Source of the DNA: a virus
Lineage: Duplodnaviria > Caudoviricetes
Virus record (IMG/VR): IMGVR_UViG_3300023174_000005
Coordinates: 1 to 62,429 of that record
DNA: 62,429 nucleotides
Direction: 5' to 3' (one strand)
Shown here: positions 54,370 through 62,429 of the stretch, piece by piece
Layout of the letters: every line of letters starts with the position of its first letter
How positions within the stretch are numbered: position 1 is the first letter of the stretch
Position numbers and translations under genes: made by a program
Notes under the pieces: model-generated
The model's input: only the letters and a program-made list of their open reading frames with translations
Told to the model about the DNA's origin: nothing
The model's database searches: none

Positions 54370-55275
54370 TTAGACAGTAACTGTTCCTGTGCCTGCGGTA
54401 AACGTATAGATAGTGTTTCCACCGGAAGTTGTTTTGGCGTAAGTTAAACCACCACCAATAGATGTAAGGTCTGGGAAGGTTGATGGGTAAGCAATGATTA
54501 CGATGCCAGAACCACCATTTGATTGTGTAGAAGAATTTCCATTTCCACCAGCACCACCGCCTGTATTTGCAGTTCCATTTGTGGGCGGTGTAGAGTCTTG
54601 ACCTCCATTACCACCACCGCCTGCGCCTCCTACGCCAGCAGTAGTTTTCCAGCCATCTAAGGTAAAGATAGAACCGCCACCACCACCGCCAGCATAAGTG
54701 ACAGATGAGCCAGTAATAGAAGAGGCTACGCCTGTACCGCCACTTCCAGCATATTGAGGTGCGGTTTTAGATGAGGCGTTAGGTTGTAAATTTTGACCAA
54801 CCGCACCCGCACCGCCACCGCCACCGCCACCCCGTGCATTTGCACCATTAGTGACATTAGAACTGCCTCCGCCATACCCTTGCACTGGGCTTGTACTTGG
54901 CGTATTTCCTGAGCCACCAGCGGCATTATATCCAGTAGCACCGCCGCCAGAACCTCCATCGGCTCCATTACCGCTATTTCCGCCGTAACCACCGCCTGTA
55001 GATGTTATGGAAGAAAATACAGAATCACTTCCTGAACTAGATGAACCAGAACCGCCAGCACCAACCGTTACAGTAAACGAACTACCTATAGCAAAAGATG
55101 ATCCCGATCTAAGACCTCCTGCACCCCCGCCACCACAATTTGAATTGCCGCCTGAACCGCCCCCACCAGCGACTACAAGATAATCTACTGATGATGCAGG
55201 AATACCCGTCCATGTGCCAGCCGCTCTAGCCTGCATCTGCTGTGTGCGTGTCCATGATCCTGAATAATTAGGCAT
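54370..55275 (-). CDS. Glycine-rich fibre/spike protein
   Basis: YLVVAGGG...GGGGAGG...GGSGIVIIAY. Confidence 0.8.
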   Translation of the reverse strand: MPNYSGSWTRTQQMQARAAGTWTGIPASSVDYLVVAGGGGSGGNSNCGGGGAGGLRSGSSFAIGSSFTVTVGAGGSGSSSSGSDSVFSSITSTGGGYGGNSGNGADGGSGGGATGYNAAGGSGNTPSTSPVQGYGGGSSNVTNGANARGGGGGGGAGAVGQNLQPNASSKTAPQYAGSGGTGVASSITGSSVTYAGGGGGGSIFTLDGWKTTAGVGGAGGGGNGGQDSTPPTNGTANTGGGAGGNGNSSTQSNGGSGIVIIAYPSTFPDLTSIGGGLTYAKTTSGGNTIYTFTAGTGTVTV

Positions 55276-55278
55276 TTG

Positions 55279-55533
55279 TTACCCCTGCGTTAACAGTTTA
55301 AAGGGTCTGCTGGCTTGTTCAATCTCTTCTGGGGTAGCATCCCGCACCACCCAAGTCATACGCCATTGACCATTAACCTGCTCTGGTGCGCCTTCACCGC
55401 ATCTCTGCGTAACGCTATCAAAAGCAGGGGCATCAACCCATTGCACAGCCGCATACGCACCTTTGGGATCAAGCGCAATATCACCAGCATAGCGAGGATA
55501 TTCGTTGGTTGAAAGTTTAATGTAGGCAGTCAT
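55279..55533 (-). CDS. Small fibre chaperone-like protein
   Basis: YP...P.FD..TQ...P....GQW..TW.V pattern. Confidence 0.65.
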   Translation of the reverse strand: MTAYIKLSTNEYPRYAGDIALDPKGAYAAVQWVDAPAFDSVTQRCGEGAPEQVNGQWRMTWVVRDATPEEIEQASRPFKLLTQG

Positions 55534-57080
55534 AGCGTTGTTGTATTTGATACAAGTGTCGAGGTAGAAGCTGACCTAGTTGTAGCCGCATCTGTTTTTG
55601 TTGTTGTGGAGCTTGAAAGTCCACCAGCCGAATCCGTGTGAGTTGCAACCGTTGATGTTGAACTTGCTGTGCTATAAGTTATTGATGCGCCCCCTACAGT
55701 ATATGTTCCAGTCAATGACCCATCGTTAGGCAGTTTTGCAAACATAAAGTCATTAGAGCCGCTTCCAACACCAGCAACACCGCAAACATACATGGTATCA
55801 GAACTGTCTAATGCAATTCCATAGCCAGTAAACGCCGCTGATCCATTGCCAATTTTTCGTTGCCATTGGAGTGTTCCTGACGAATTGTATTTAGCCATTC
55901 CAAAGTAACTGACTGAACTTACATTTATTTGTCCGTTGACATAAACATTTCCAGCACTGTCAACTGCTACAGAAGTTCCATAATTAGCCTGAGTACCATC
56001 CAATTTTACTTGCCACTGAATAGTTCCAGAGGTATTGTATTTGGCTATTAAATAATCAGCACTGGCGGCATCTTTATACCCGTTAACATAAACATTTCCA
56101 GAACTGTCAACTGCCATTCCATTGCAAATATTGGTTCCACCGTCACCCAACTGACGGCTCCATTGCAAAGTGCCAGATGTGTCATATTTGGCAATAAAGT
56201 AATTATATGTAGGGCCGCTTGTATTGTTATAGCCAGCAACATAAACATTAGCTGAACCATCTACACCAATACACGTTGGAATAGTAGCATTTAATTTGCG
56301 TTGCCACTGAATAGCGCCCGAAGAATCATATTTGGCTATTTCAGTTTCTGATGTACTGCCACCACCGCAGATATAAACATTGTTTGAACCGTCTAAACGT
56401 ATGCCACCAAGATTATTAAAAGCAGTGACTAAATTACGTTGCCACAAAATAGTGCCTGATGTATCCAATTTTATTATTTGCAAAGCGTTTGAAGCTACAT
56501 CGTCACCAATCCCACCAAAAGCATAAATATTGTTTGAGCTATCTATTGCCAAAGAAAGTATGCTGGAGGCTGTGCCTGATGCACTGTTGATGCTTTTTTG
56601 CCATTGCAGTACACCAGACAAATTGTATTTTGCAATTTGCCATTGATTCACACTACTTATGTTTGACCCACCACCCAAGTAAACATTGCTTGCACTGTCT
56701 ACAGCAACTGCATAAGGCACATCACTTGTTGTATCTCCAAGCAAGCCCATCCAATAAGCTACAGGAGTTGCGCTGTTACTTGCCGCACTGAAGGCGCTGG
56801 GGCCATAAGCATTGGTCGCAAACACTTTAAATGTATAAGCCGTACCGTTGGTCAAACCACTTACAGTAATAGGTGAAGCTGTTCCGGTTCCAATAAAGCC
56901 CCCCGGCGAAGAAATTGCCGTGTATCCTGTAATAGCCCCGCCACCAACATTAGATGGAGCCGTAAACGCTACGGACGCAGAAGCGCCCCCCGGTGTAGCC
57001 GTACCAATGGTAGGCGCATCAGGTACTAACAACCCGTTATAGGAAGCGGTAATGAACCCGCCTTGATAGCGTTGGGACAT
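55530..57080 (-). CDS. FN3 plus beta-propeller receptor-binding protein, putative
   Basis: APTIGTAT...GLTNGTAYTFKVxATN (FN3); about seven DSSxNVY...AKYxxSGxxQW blades. Confidence 0.8.
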   Translation of the reverse strand: MSQRYQGGFITASYNGLLVPDAPTIGTATPGGASASVAFTAPSNVGGGAITGYTAISSPGGFIGTGTASPITVSGLTNGTAYTFKVFATNAYGPSAFSAASNSATPVAYWMGLLGDTTSDVPYAVAVDSASNVYLGGGSNISSVNQWQIAKYNLSGVLQWQKSINSASGTASSILSLAIDSSNNIYAFGGIGDDVASNALQIIKLDTSGTILWQRNLVTAFNNLGGIRLDGSNNVYICGGGSTSETEIAKYDSSGAIQWQRKLNATIPTCIGVDGSANVYVAGYNNTSGPTYNYFIAKYDTSGTLQWSRQLGDGGTNICNGMAVDSSGNVYVNGYKDAASADYLIAKYNTSGTIQWQVKLDGTQANYGTSVAVDSAGNVYVNGQINVSSVSYFGMAKYNSSGTLQWQRKIGNGSAAFTGYGIALDSSDTMYVCGVAGVGSGSNDFMFAKLPNDGSLTGTYTVGGASITYSTASSTSTVATHTDSAGGLSSSTTTKTDAATTRSASTSTLVSNTTTL

Positions 57081-57094
57081 CTTCTACCCCTGTT

Positions 57095-57490
57095 TTAACT
57101 TATGACCTCATACGAGATACTGTATGTAATACCGCTGGCTGTACCAGATGTCACGATGATAGATGAACCTTCCATCAAGTAAATGGCGGTTGTTTTGTCT
57201 GCCACAATCAACGAAGCATCCGCAGGAACAGACACCGTAGACACGATTGGGTAAGCCGTACCGCTAGAAGGAGCAGAGCCTTGAGCTACAGCACCATTGG
57301 TATAGATAGCCACTGTGGTGTCCACAGCCGATGAGCCGTTTACATTAGCCGCAACGATCTGATTGATCTTAAAGACCTGACCGCTAGAAGCCGCATTAGG
57401 AACCAAAACCACTGCGGTTGTGGCGCTGGGTGTGAGGTATGTAGTTGTGCCTGACGCTGTGGTCGCGGCGAAAAGATTTGGATTTGCCAT
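57095..57490 (-). CDS. Tail structural protein
   Basis: MANPN...VPADASL...YLxE...SYExI. Confidence 0.7.
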   Translation of the reverse strand: MANPNLFAATTASGTTTYLTPSATTAVVLVPNAASSGQVFKINQIVAANVNGSSAVDTTVAIYTNGAVAQGSAPSSGTAYPIVSTVSVPADASLIVADKTTAIYLMEGSSIIVTSGTASGITYSISYEVIS

Positions 57491-57499
57491 GATAGTTCC

Positions 57500-58306
57500 T
57501 TAAAAGCCAAAGACCATTGCGATAGCCGTTGCTCTCGCTTGAGATACACCAGATGCCGCAGGTGCGGCAGATGTCCATGTAGTGCCGTTAGACACCAAAA
57601 CATTACCGTTTGTGCTGGGTGCAACAAAAGTGGGTGTTGATGTTCCATTCCCCAGAATCACGTTGTTAGCAGTCAAAGTGGTTAGACCTGTACCGCCTTG
57701 GTCAACACCAAGAGTTCCAGTAGACACCAAGTTCTTACTGCCGTTTGTGAATACAGGCTTGCTGGCTGTCAGTGAAGAATCAACAAAATCATTAGCCGTC
57801 AGCGTTGTGCCGTCAAAGGTCAGGTTAGCAGAGCCAGCAAATGAGCCGCTACTGTTGTACTGAACTTGAGTTGTAGAACCACCAGCAGAGCCACCGCCCA
57901 CATTAACAAAGTTAACACCATCCCAAGCAATGATTGCTCGTGTGCCCGCCGCTACAGTAACGCCTGTACCGGTTGCCGCTTTAACAAGAATGGACTGTGT
58001 GCTAGATGTTTTGTTAATAACAACGTAGGTCTTAGACTGGGCAGGAACCGTAATAGTGCGAGTCACTGTACCGCCAGCCGTCCACAAGAGAACTGCGTAC
58101 TGTGAGCTATTAGCTGTTAGACCCGTAGAGGCGTATGTGCCTGTAGTCAGGGTTAATGTGATGTCAGCATCAGTGGAGATTGTCTGTGTACCAGCAACGG
58201 CAACGTCCACAATCTGCGAGATGGCGTTGTTAACTGTGTCGCCCCACTGCCCGGACAATGTGCCCGTGGCTGGTAGCGTGAGGCCGATTAGTGCCGTATT
58301 TGCCAT
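57500..58306 (-). CDS. Proximal tail fibre protein
   Basis: GxWGDTxN, GGSxTQVQYN, GGTG, GNVLxSNG repeats. Confidence 0.75.
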   Translation of the reverse strand: MANTALIGLTLPATGTLSGQWGDTVNNAISQIVDVAVAGTQTISTDADITLTLTTGTYASTGLTANSSQYAVLLWTAGGTVTRTITVPAQSKTYVVINKTSSTQSILVKAATGTGVTVAAGTRAIIAWDGVNFVNVGGGSAGGSTTQVQYNSSGSFAGSANLTFDGTTLTANDFVDSSLTASKPVFTNGSKNLVSTGTLGVDQGGTGLTTLTANNVILGNGTSTPTFVAPSTNGNVLVSNGTTWTSAAPAASGVSQARATAIAMVFGF

Positions 58307-58315
58307 TTAATGCTC

Positions 58316-59152
58316 CTACTGTGTAGAAATTACTGTCCAACCGGGTGATTCTGTATTGTTAACAGCCGTCCAACCCGGTGTTTGTGGATTGCTGATATTT
58401 TGCCAGTTTGCGACCTCTGTGTCATCAATAATTTCCCACAAATATCGCCCACCGTTTATTTCCGTTATAGCCATCGTTTCCGTCCGGCTTACTCGGTAGT
58501 TTGCACCACCATTGTTAATGTCCGTGATTGCCGCAGACTCAGTTAAAAACTCTTGGTAATACGTTCCTACAGTCGTCCCCTCTGCAATACCCATCGACTC
58601 ATTGATGGCCATAATCAGCACAGCCACCTGCGCTTCTGCTATTGCAATCGACTCCGATATATTACCTAAGAATGTAGCAACCGCTGTTTCTACATCCACA
58701 ATCCCTAACGAATCCGCAACGCTCTCGTTATAACTTGTCTGCGCGGCCTCATCATCCGTAATGGTCTGGCTATCCGCCACACTGACGTTGTAACTGGTTA
58801 TTGCTGTATTTGCGTCAGCAATAGCCGCAGTCTCAGTTACAGACCCGGCAAATGTAGCTACAGCAGACTGTACTTCCGATATAGCAGTAGATTCGCTTAC
58901 CGCCACATTCATCGTCAAAGCTACAGTCTGAACATCCTGAATGCCTGTCGTACCACCCCACAGACCAGAACCCCAAGTATCCGCACCCCAAGCCGTCCCG
59001 TTAGTCAAAGACTCTGTAATACTTACATCAATCAACAGCCCAGCCGCAGGTGAATCAGCAATCAGGGCGGTTTCAGTAACGCTGACAGGGAAAGTCTCTC
59101 CCCCGCCCCATGCGTTATCACCCCATGCGCCATCACCCCAAGCTAACGCCAT
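58316..59152 (-). CDS. Acidic repetitive structural protein
   Basis: WGxxxWG motifs and repeated (V/I)xESxxIxD units. Confidence 0.7.
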   Translation of the reverse strand: MALAWGDGAWGDNAWGGGETFPVSVTETALIADSPAAGLLIDVSITESLTNGTAWGADTWGSGLWGGTTGIQDVQTVALTMNVAVSESTAISEVQSAVATFAGSVTETAAIADANTAITSYNVSVADSQTITDDEAAQTSYNESVADSLGIVDVETAVATFLGNISESIAIAEAQVAVLIMAINESMGIAEGTTVGTYYQEFLTESAAITDINNGGANYRVSRTETMAITEINGGRYLWEIIDDTEVANWQNISNPQTPGWTAVNNTESPGWTVISTQ

Positions 59153-59153
59153 A

Positions 59154-59717
59154 TCAAGTCAATGTTAATGTATACGTTACCGCAATCGTGTCACCGTTAA
59201 CAACAGCCTTAGAACTAGAGAAATCACCAGCAGAAAACAATGTGCCAGTGGTTGAATCTTTAGTTGCGCTACCGCCAATGTTGATAAAGCAACCCGCCAC
59301 AGTGCCTGTACTGGTCATAGAGAATGACACGGCAGAAGATGTAGCCTTGCTAGAAGCAGCCGCCGCCGCAAAAGATGGCGTAGGACGATTGCCTGAATAA
59401 GCAGGAGCGTTAGTGCCACCTACTTCTAACCAGCTTGCGTGAGAGGCTTGCGTATCAGCCACTACAGCCGTACCAACACCTTTTAAACCCATTACAACTG
59501 CGCCAGCGGCTGAATTGCCAAGGATGGTATCCAAAGTCAAATTCTTACCAACAGTCGTTACCAAGTTTTGAATAGGCTCATCCCATTTGATAAAGCCATC
59601 CGCGCTGTAGCAAACAGCATGGTAGTAGCCTTCAATAGCCATCTCATCAGAGGGCGTGGTGTTGTATTTTGTAATTGCTGCCACTTGGTCGGTAGCGGTG
59701 ATTTTGTCCAAGCTCAT
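59154..59717 (-). CDS. Virion structural protein
   Basis: NLVTTVGKN...GTLFSAGxF...GDTIxVTY. Confidence 0.7.
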   Translation of the reverse strand: MSLDKITATDQVAAITKYNTTPSDEMAIEGYYHAVCYSADGFIKWDEPIQNLVTTVGKNLTLDTILGNSAAGAVVMGLKGVGTAVVADTQASHASWLEVGGTNAPAYSGNRPTPSFAAAAASSKATSSAVSFSMTSTGTVAGCFINIGGSATKDSTTGTLFSAGDFSSSKAVVNGDTIAVTYTLTLT

Positions 59718-59727
59718 GTGAGGCTCC

Positions 59728-60144
59728 TTAAGAAATGCGGATTAATGCGTTTTCCGGATTGTTTGTCGGAAGTTGAATGGTAAAAGATTGGCCTAACATG
59801 GTCTGATCCACACCAAAATTAAGCACGCCAACTGATTTTCCCGCCTTGGTGGCATTGTAAATTAATGCTCCACGCGTTGTAAATGTTGCGCCTGCCCATG
59901 CGGGATTATCAAAATTAACATACGCCACCCCCTGTGAAAGAAGGACAGTGATATTTGTTAAGGCCAGACCCGGTGCGGTGTACCCTGTTCCAGATACTTC
60001 ATTTGTGCTGTTATACACAGTTGTGGTAGGTCCTAGCGTAGCAGAGGACGTATACAGCGCAATACGAAACGTATCCGTTGCAAAATCATGCACACCGAGC
60101 AACAACTGCTGTTTAAAACTATCTGTAAGTCCTGCTGTGATCAT
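59728..60144 (-). CDS. Virion structural protein
   Basis: SFKxxLLxGxHDF...FxIALYT...GYTAxG...RGALIYN. Confidence 0.75.
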   Translation of the reverse strand: MITAGLTDSFKQQLLLGVHDFATDTFRIALYTSSATLGPTTTVYNSTNEVSGTGYTAPGLALTNITVLLSQGVAYVNFDNPAWAGATFTTRGALIYNATKAGKSVGVLNFGVDQTMLGQSFTIQLPTNNPENALIRIS

Positions 60145-60147
60145 CTA

Positions 60148-60990
60148 TTACCTCACAGGCAGTTTAACTTGACCATCACGATAAGCATCACCACGTTGCT
60201 TACCATCACCCAAGTTCTTCAGGAGCATCAATGCTTCTTTGTACTTGGTATCGTACAAAACCATCATATCCTGCTCGCCCTTCATGTATGTGTAAGCCTC
60301 TACCAAGCAACCATACAAGAGTGCAGAGTCAAAGTTATCGCCCAGCCATGTTGTTTCCGCAGTCACAATAGACGGTGGATAATAGTAATAATGCAATTCA
60401 GCGTAGTAATTAGCGTCTGGAGTAGGACCTAAAATGAACGACAATTCAGCGTCATTTGCCGATTGCGGGCCAAAGATAGCGTAATACTTAGGCAATGCTA
60501 TGTCACGCGGATTGGGGTACACCTCACGAATAAAGTTCACATCTTTATTCAACAAATACGTGTAGTCGCCTTGGAAGGTCACCGCACCAGAGACCGCACC
60601 GCTGTTTGCCACGCTAAGTGTAATGGTCGTGCCATTGATCACTGTTACCACCGCTTCTGTGCCAATATTTGATCCCGCAGCATACTGACCTACAACAATA
60701 CCAGAAGCGCTTGCAACAACAATTGTAAATTGGCCTGAAGTACCTGTTGCAGTAGTGCTGATAAAAGGATAAACAGCCAAAGAATAGCTGGATAAGTAAT
60801 CGTTAGGGCATGCCAAATACTTGTTGCCAGAAGACAAAACACCCGTCACGTTTTTGCGCAAGTTGGCAATCTGAACCGAGTTGTAAATCCGCTGCTCAGC
60901 TTGCTTTGTAAACGTAGCCAAATCAGTGGCTGTAAACCCCTGATTTTCTGTGTAAGCAATGATGGCAGCTTTTAATTCGGTGTATGTCAT
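60148..60990 (-). CDS. Head-tail adaptor-like protein with inserted beta domain
   Basis: MTYxELxxAI...AEQRI...PKYYA...GPTPD...LLYGxLVEAY. Confidence 0.72.
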   Translation of the reverse strand: MTYTELKAAIIAYTENQGFTATDLATFTKQAEQRIYNSVQIANLRKNVTGVLSSGNKYLACPNDYLSSYSLAVYPFISTTATGTSGQFTIVVASASGIVVGQYAAGSNIGTEAVVTVINGTTITLSVANSGAVSGAVTFQGDYTYLLNKDVNFIREVYPNPRDIALPKYYAIFGPQSANDAELSFILGPTPDANYYAELHYYYYPPSIVTAETTWLGDNFDSALLYGCLVEAYTYMKGEQDMMVLYDTKYKEALMLLKNLGDGKQRGDAYRDGQVKLPVR

Positions 60991-61316
60991 GTGATGCTCG
61001 TTCTGACTGTTCCAAGAACTGCTTGAGCAGTCAATGGTTTGGCATAAGGCATCGGCATCATTCCGATACTAGCAAACGAAGTATCAGCCGTGAACCCGAC
61101 GTAGACGGTAACCCCAAGTCTACTCTCTGGACGAGGTTGTTGCAAGGCTTGTGGCTCATTTATTGAACGCTTTGGCTCAAGTTGTGGGTGCTTAGGCTCA
61201 TAGCACTCAGGGCAGGTCTTAAACCCTGTCCACTCCTTGATAAGCGTATTGAGTTTGTACCGTTGGCCACACCTGTCGCACAGCGCAATTGCAAATTTGC
61301 CTGATACATAGGCCAT
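60987..61316 (-). CDS. Zinc-finger protein
   Basis: CDRCG...CPECYEPKHPQ. Confidence 0.75.
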   Translation of the reverse strand: MAYVSGKFAIALCDRCGQRYKLNTLIKEWTGFKTCPECYEPKHPQLEPKRSINEPQALQQPRPESRLGVTVYVGFTADTSFASIGMMPMPYAKPLTAQAVLGTVRTSIT

Positions 61317-61319
61317 GGG

Positions 61320-61997
61320 TTACCTCTGTGTATACGTAGGTACCACAAAGAAGCCCGAGCGCTCACGGTCCTCTGCTGCTGCACGCATAAATTCTTCTTC
61401 GTACATTTGCTTGAGCAGCATGACACGGTCAGGCGCTTTTTTGACAGCCAAGTAGTACGCCAACGCTGCCGCTAAACAAGGCAAGAATCGGAAAGAGATG
61501 TCAGCAGTGTTAGTAAAACCGCCGGCGTTGTCCATGCGGCGAATAGCGTAGTAGACAAAGGTCCATGTCTGCGTTGCATCCGGCGCTGGGTACAAAAACA
61601 CTTTAGCCGGCACGGTGCGCTGGATGTAGTACTGCGCAGGACGTGATTGGGTCAACTTGTTAGGCACATGGAGCCACTCAGCGCGGCCTATACGGTCGAT
61701 TGTGATGTCCTGCTGGGTAGACTGGCCTGCATTGGTCCGAATCACGGCCGAGAGGCCGTCAATCGTGTCCGCGGGTAGGTCATACTCATACACCCCGGGC
61801 GTTAGCACCTGCTGGCGCTGCTCAATCGTCCACAGATTAAGACCACGGTTGGCCCATTCTGCAAAGATCAAGTTGACGGAGCGAAGCGCCGTCTTCATGT
61901 CGTAACCGTCGCGCACCTCAATACCGCAGCGCTCATACGCCTCAGCTATGAGGTCGTCAAACTGCAGATCAAAATCGGATACGCCGGAAACAGCCAT
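61320..61997 (-). CDS. Head-tail connector / tail tubular A-like protein
   Basis: EAYERCG...ARSxNL..EWANRGLNLWT...RPxQ...LYPxPD. Confidence 0.75.
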   Translation of the reverse strand: MAVSGVSDFDLQFDDLIAEAYERCGIEVRDGYDMKTALRSVNLIFAEWANRGLNLWTIEQRQQVLTPGVYEYDLPADTIDGLSAVIRTNAGQSTQQDITIDRIGRAEWLHVPNKLTQSRPAQYYIQRTVPAKVFLYPAPDATQTWTFVYYAIRRMDNAGGFTNTADISFRFLPCLAAALAYYLAVKKAPDRVMLLKQMYEEEFMRAAAEDRERSGFFVVPTYTQR

Positions 61998-61998
61998 A

Positions 61999-62346
61999 TC
62001 AATAGATCATTGCTGTACGGGCACGTGCGGCACCAACGCCACGAACATTAACCTTGTCACCTTGAACGCTCTTTTTAACGTTCTGGCTAAGTGTTTCACC
62101 TTGTGATTGGCCCACGCCTGAGACCATGCCACCTTTAGCAAAACCCTTTTTAGCAATGCCTTCGCCTTTTTTTGCGAGTCCGCCATCTTTGTAATTCATA
62201 TCGCCACCTTGTCTAAATTTTTTGCCTTTACTGGCCTTACTGAAATCCATCGCCACAGATTGTGGGATGCCTACTTTCTTTGCAAATGCAGGATTGTGCG
62301 CTGCTGCATCCATAAACTGTTTTTGTTTCTTACTGACTGCGGGCAT
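61999..62346 (-). CDS. Small basic protein with three xxxGG motifs
   Basis: MPAVSKKQxxFM; FRQGG, YKDGG, FAKGG; RGVGAA. Confidence 0.75.
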   Translation of the reverse strand: MPAVSKKQKQFMDAAAHNPAFAKKVGIPQSVAMDFSKASKGKKFRQGGDMNYKDGGLAKKGEGIAKKGFAKGGMVSGVGQSQGETLSQNVKKSVQGDKVNVRGVGAARARTAMIY

Positions 62347-62429
62347 TTGCTGCTCCCATTAAACGGTCTAACTTTTCATCCAACCTGTCTAGTCTATCCA
62401 AAACACGGTTAATGTCTGCATGAACTTCG
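62303..62429. repeat. Terminal overlap, identical to 1-127
   Basis: Exact match. Confidence 0.97.

Noticed and set aside
51903-57080. Diversity-generating retroelement acting on fibres
   Set aside because: No reverse transcriptase and no TR/VR pair seen
1-62429. tRNA genes, stop-codon recoding, lysogeny module
   Set aside because: No cloverleaf noticed in the few intergenic gaps (not computationally scanned); core genes are full length in the standard code; no integrase or CI-like repressor recognised

Overview
The window is a complete, circularly assembled dsDNA phage genome of 62,302 bp. Bases 1-127 are repeated exactly at 62303-62429, most likely an assembler k-mer overlap. It looks like a lytic podovirus: I found no integrase, repressor, RNA polymerase, tRNA or CRISPR array. 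Modules: (i) head genes on the minus strand (TerL, a 1598-aa multi-domain virion protein, portal, GroES, scaffold, major capsid protein); (ii) a 16-22 kb block of short genes, most with their own sigma70-like promoter and an AGAAAG(G/A)A(T/G)AG ribosome-binding motif, lying between terS and terL and rich in palindromes; (iii) replication genes (AEP primase, UvrD and SNF2 helicases, family A polymerase with Leu at the 762-equivalent site, PD-(D/E)XK nuclease); (iv) four large putative ejection proteins, tail/adaptor proteins, three fibre-plus-chaperone cassettes and a lysis module. The best candidate for an undescribed system is a recurrent x-A-x-G-G peptide signal, usually preceded by F/Y/M. 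It separates the domains of the 1598-aa protein (transglycosylase, beta-barrel-like module, two HExxH peptidase-like modules, PcfJ-like module) and recurs in an ejection protein and small basic proteins, suggesting a polyprotein-processing or capsid-loading code. Also notable are a pseudoknotted leader RNA downstream of the capsid gene, a rearranged GP88-like Cys-rich protein, and a hairpin/G-rich repeat cluster upstream of terL. All family assignments come from motif recognition by eye, not database searches.
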